Shown: piece after piece, positions 31,653-32,000 of the stretch
Position numbering within the stretch: the first letter of the stretch is position 1
Layout of the letters: the number at the start of each line of letters is the position of its first letter
NCBI GenBank assembly: GCA_000830275.1
Contig: CP010424.1
Span: 900,001-932,000 of the forward strand
Reading direction: 5' to 3'
DNA: 32,000 nucleotides
Source of the DNA: an archaeon GW2011_AR10
Lineage (GTDB): Archaea > Iainarchaeota > Iainarchaeia > Iainarchaeales > GW2011-AR10
The notes under the pieces: model-generated
The model's database searches: none
Seen by the model: only the letters and a program-made list of their open reading frames with translations
What the model was told of the DNA's origin: nothing
Made by a program: the position numbers and the translations under genes

Positions 31653-31721
31653 TTTTGATAAAACTTTTCCTAAAAGTTTTTGGCGGAGCCCCTTTTTGAT
31701 AAAACTTTTCCTAAAAGTTTT
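31653..31721. repeat. Two perfect 28-nt direct repeats, each containing a 9-bp-stem palindrome
   Basis: ttttgataaaacttttcctaaaagtttt occurs at 31653-31680 and 31694-31721. Within each copy, aaaactttt / aaaagtttt are reverse complements separated by cct. Confidence 0.85.
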
Positions 31722-32000
31722 CACCTATTAAAATTTTTCCAGAAGAGTTAACGTCTGCAACAGAAAAATTTAGGTCAGCATCGTAAAACCAGTACAGATT
31801 GTCAGAAGACGATGGGACAACTGCTCTAACCGAAATCGATGACCTGGTTGCAGCATTGTCAAAGCTTTCGCTGATGCGCAATGCTTTCTGGCTGCCTTCA
31901 ATTGCGCCAATTTCAACTGAAAAAGAATCATTCGGGTTTCCGGAATAATTGAAAGTGAAAGTGTTAAGGGTGCTTGAATCAAGCTTTCCGGAGCTGGTAA
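31711..32000 (-). CDS. 3-prime end of a hypothetical Ser/Asn/Asp-rich (probably secreted) protein; 5-prime end lies outside the window
   Basis: Manual translation of the minus strand, in a frame not in the ORF track because it has no start in the window, is open from 32000 to TAG at 31713-31711. It reads ..TSSGKLDSSTLNTFTFNYSGNPNDSFSVEIGAIEGSQKALRISESFDNAATRSSISVRAVVPSSSDNLYWFYDADLNFSVADVNSSGKILIGENF*. The composition looks more protein-like than track ORF 31770..31982. Confidence 0.45.
   Translation of the reverse strand, partial: TSSGKLDSSTLNTFTFNYSGNPNDSFSVEIGAIEGSQKALRISESFDNAATRSSISVRAVVPSSSDNLYWFYDADLNFSVADVNSSGKILIGENF

Noticed and set aside
31653-31721. The 28-nt repeats as a mini CRISPR array
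   Set aside because: There are only two copies with a 13-nt spacer, they are very AT-rich, and no cas genes are nearby. The pattern does not fit a CRISPR array.
31770-31982. Track ORF of 70 aa on the minus strand
   Set aside because: A different minus-strand frame is open across the whole 31711-32000 stretch to the window edge and has a more protein-like composition. The 70-aa ORF is probably its shadow.

Overview
This is a moderately AT-rich, tightly packed prokaryotic window that reads as archaeal. The pilins carry class III signal peptides of the K/R-G|Q..EYL type, the motor genes are FlaI/FlaJ-type, and AT-rich TATA-like boxes sit 20-40 nt upstream of starts. There are many TTG/GTG starts and ATGA-type overlaps. 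Giant surface proteins next to a small block of bacterial-type housekeeping genes would fit an uncultivated, possibly DPANN-like archaeon, but taxonomy cannot be settled from this window. All domain calls were made by eye from motifs; no searches were run. Almost everything here is cell-surface machinery. (1) 354-7129 is a 7-gene operon in which every product starts with a prepilin-like signal. It includes a 944-aa modular pilin-adhesin whose vWA domain is interrupted by a 7-blade LVIVD propeller. (2) 7585-12018 is type IV pilus-like motor module 1: a basic wHTH protein, a FlaI/GspE-family ATPase, two single-domain FlaJ/TadB-TadC-like membrane proteins and a convergent pilin. (3) 12195-16081 holds two antitoxin-like genes, an amber-disrupted RelE/ParE toxin, bacterial-type coaD-coaE and a phosphogluco/phosphomannomutase. 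(4) 16111-22825 holds three tandem paralogous type I surface proteins with Cys-rich DCDD modules, Ig-like repeats and a conserved cytoplasmic tail. (5) 23001-27100 holds a KaiC/RecA-like ATPase, a Walker-A-less paralogue sharing its N-terminal domain, and a basic coiled-coil protein. (6) 27185-31560 on the minus strand is motor module 2: an ATPase with fused wHTH, two FlaJ-like proteins and a pilin. A near-identical direct repeat of at least 237 bp (1-237 / 7186-7422) brackets the adhesin operon. I recognised no rRNA, tRNA, CRISPR array, transposase, integrase or prepilin peptidase. The main hypothesis is that the two motors, the KaiC-like active/inactive pair and the adhesins with SHOCT-like tails form one attachment apparatus.
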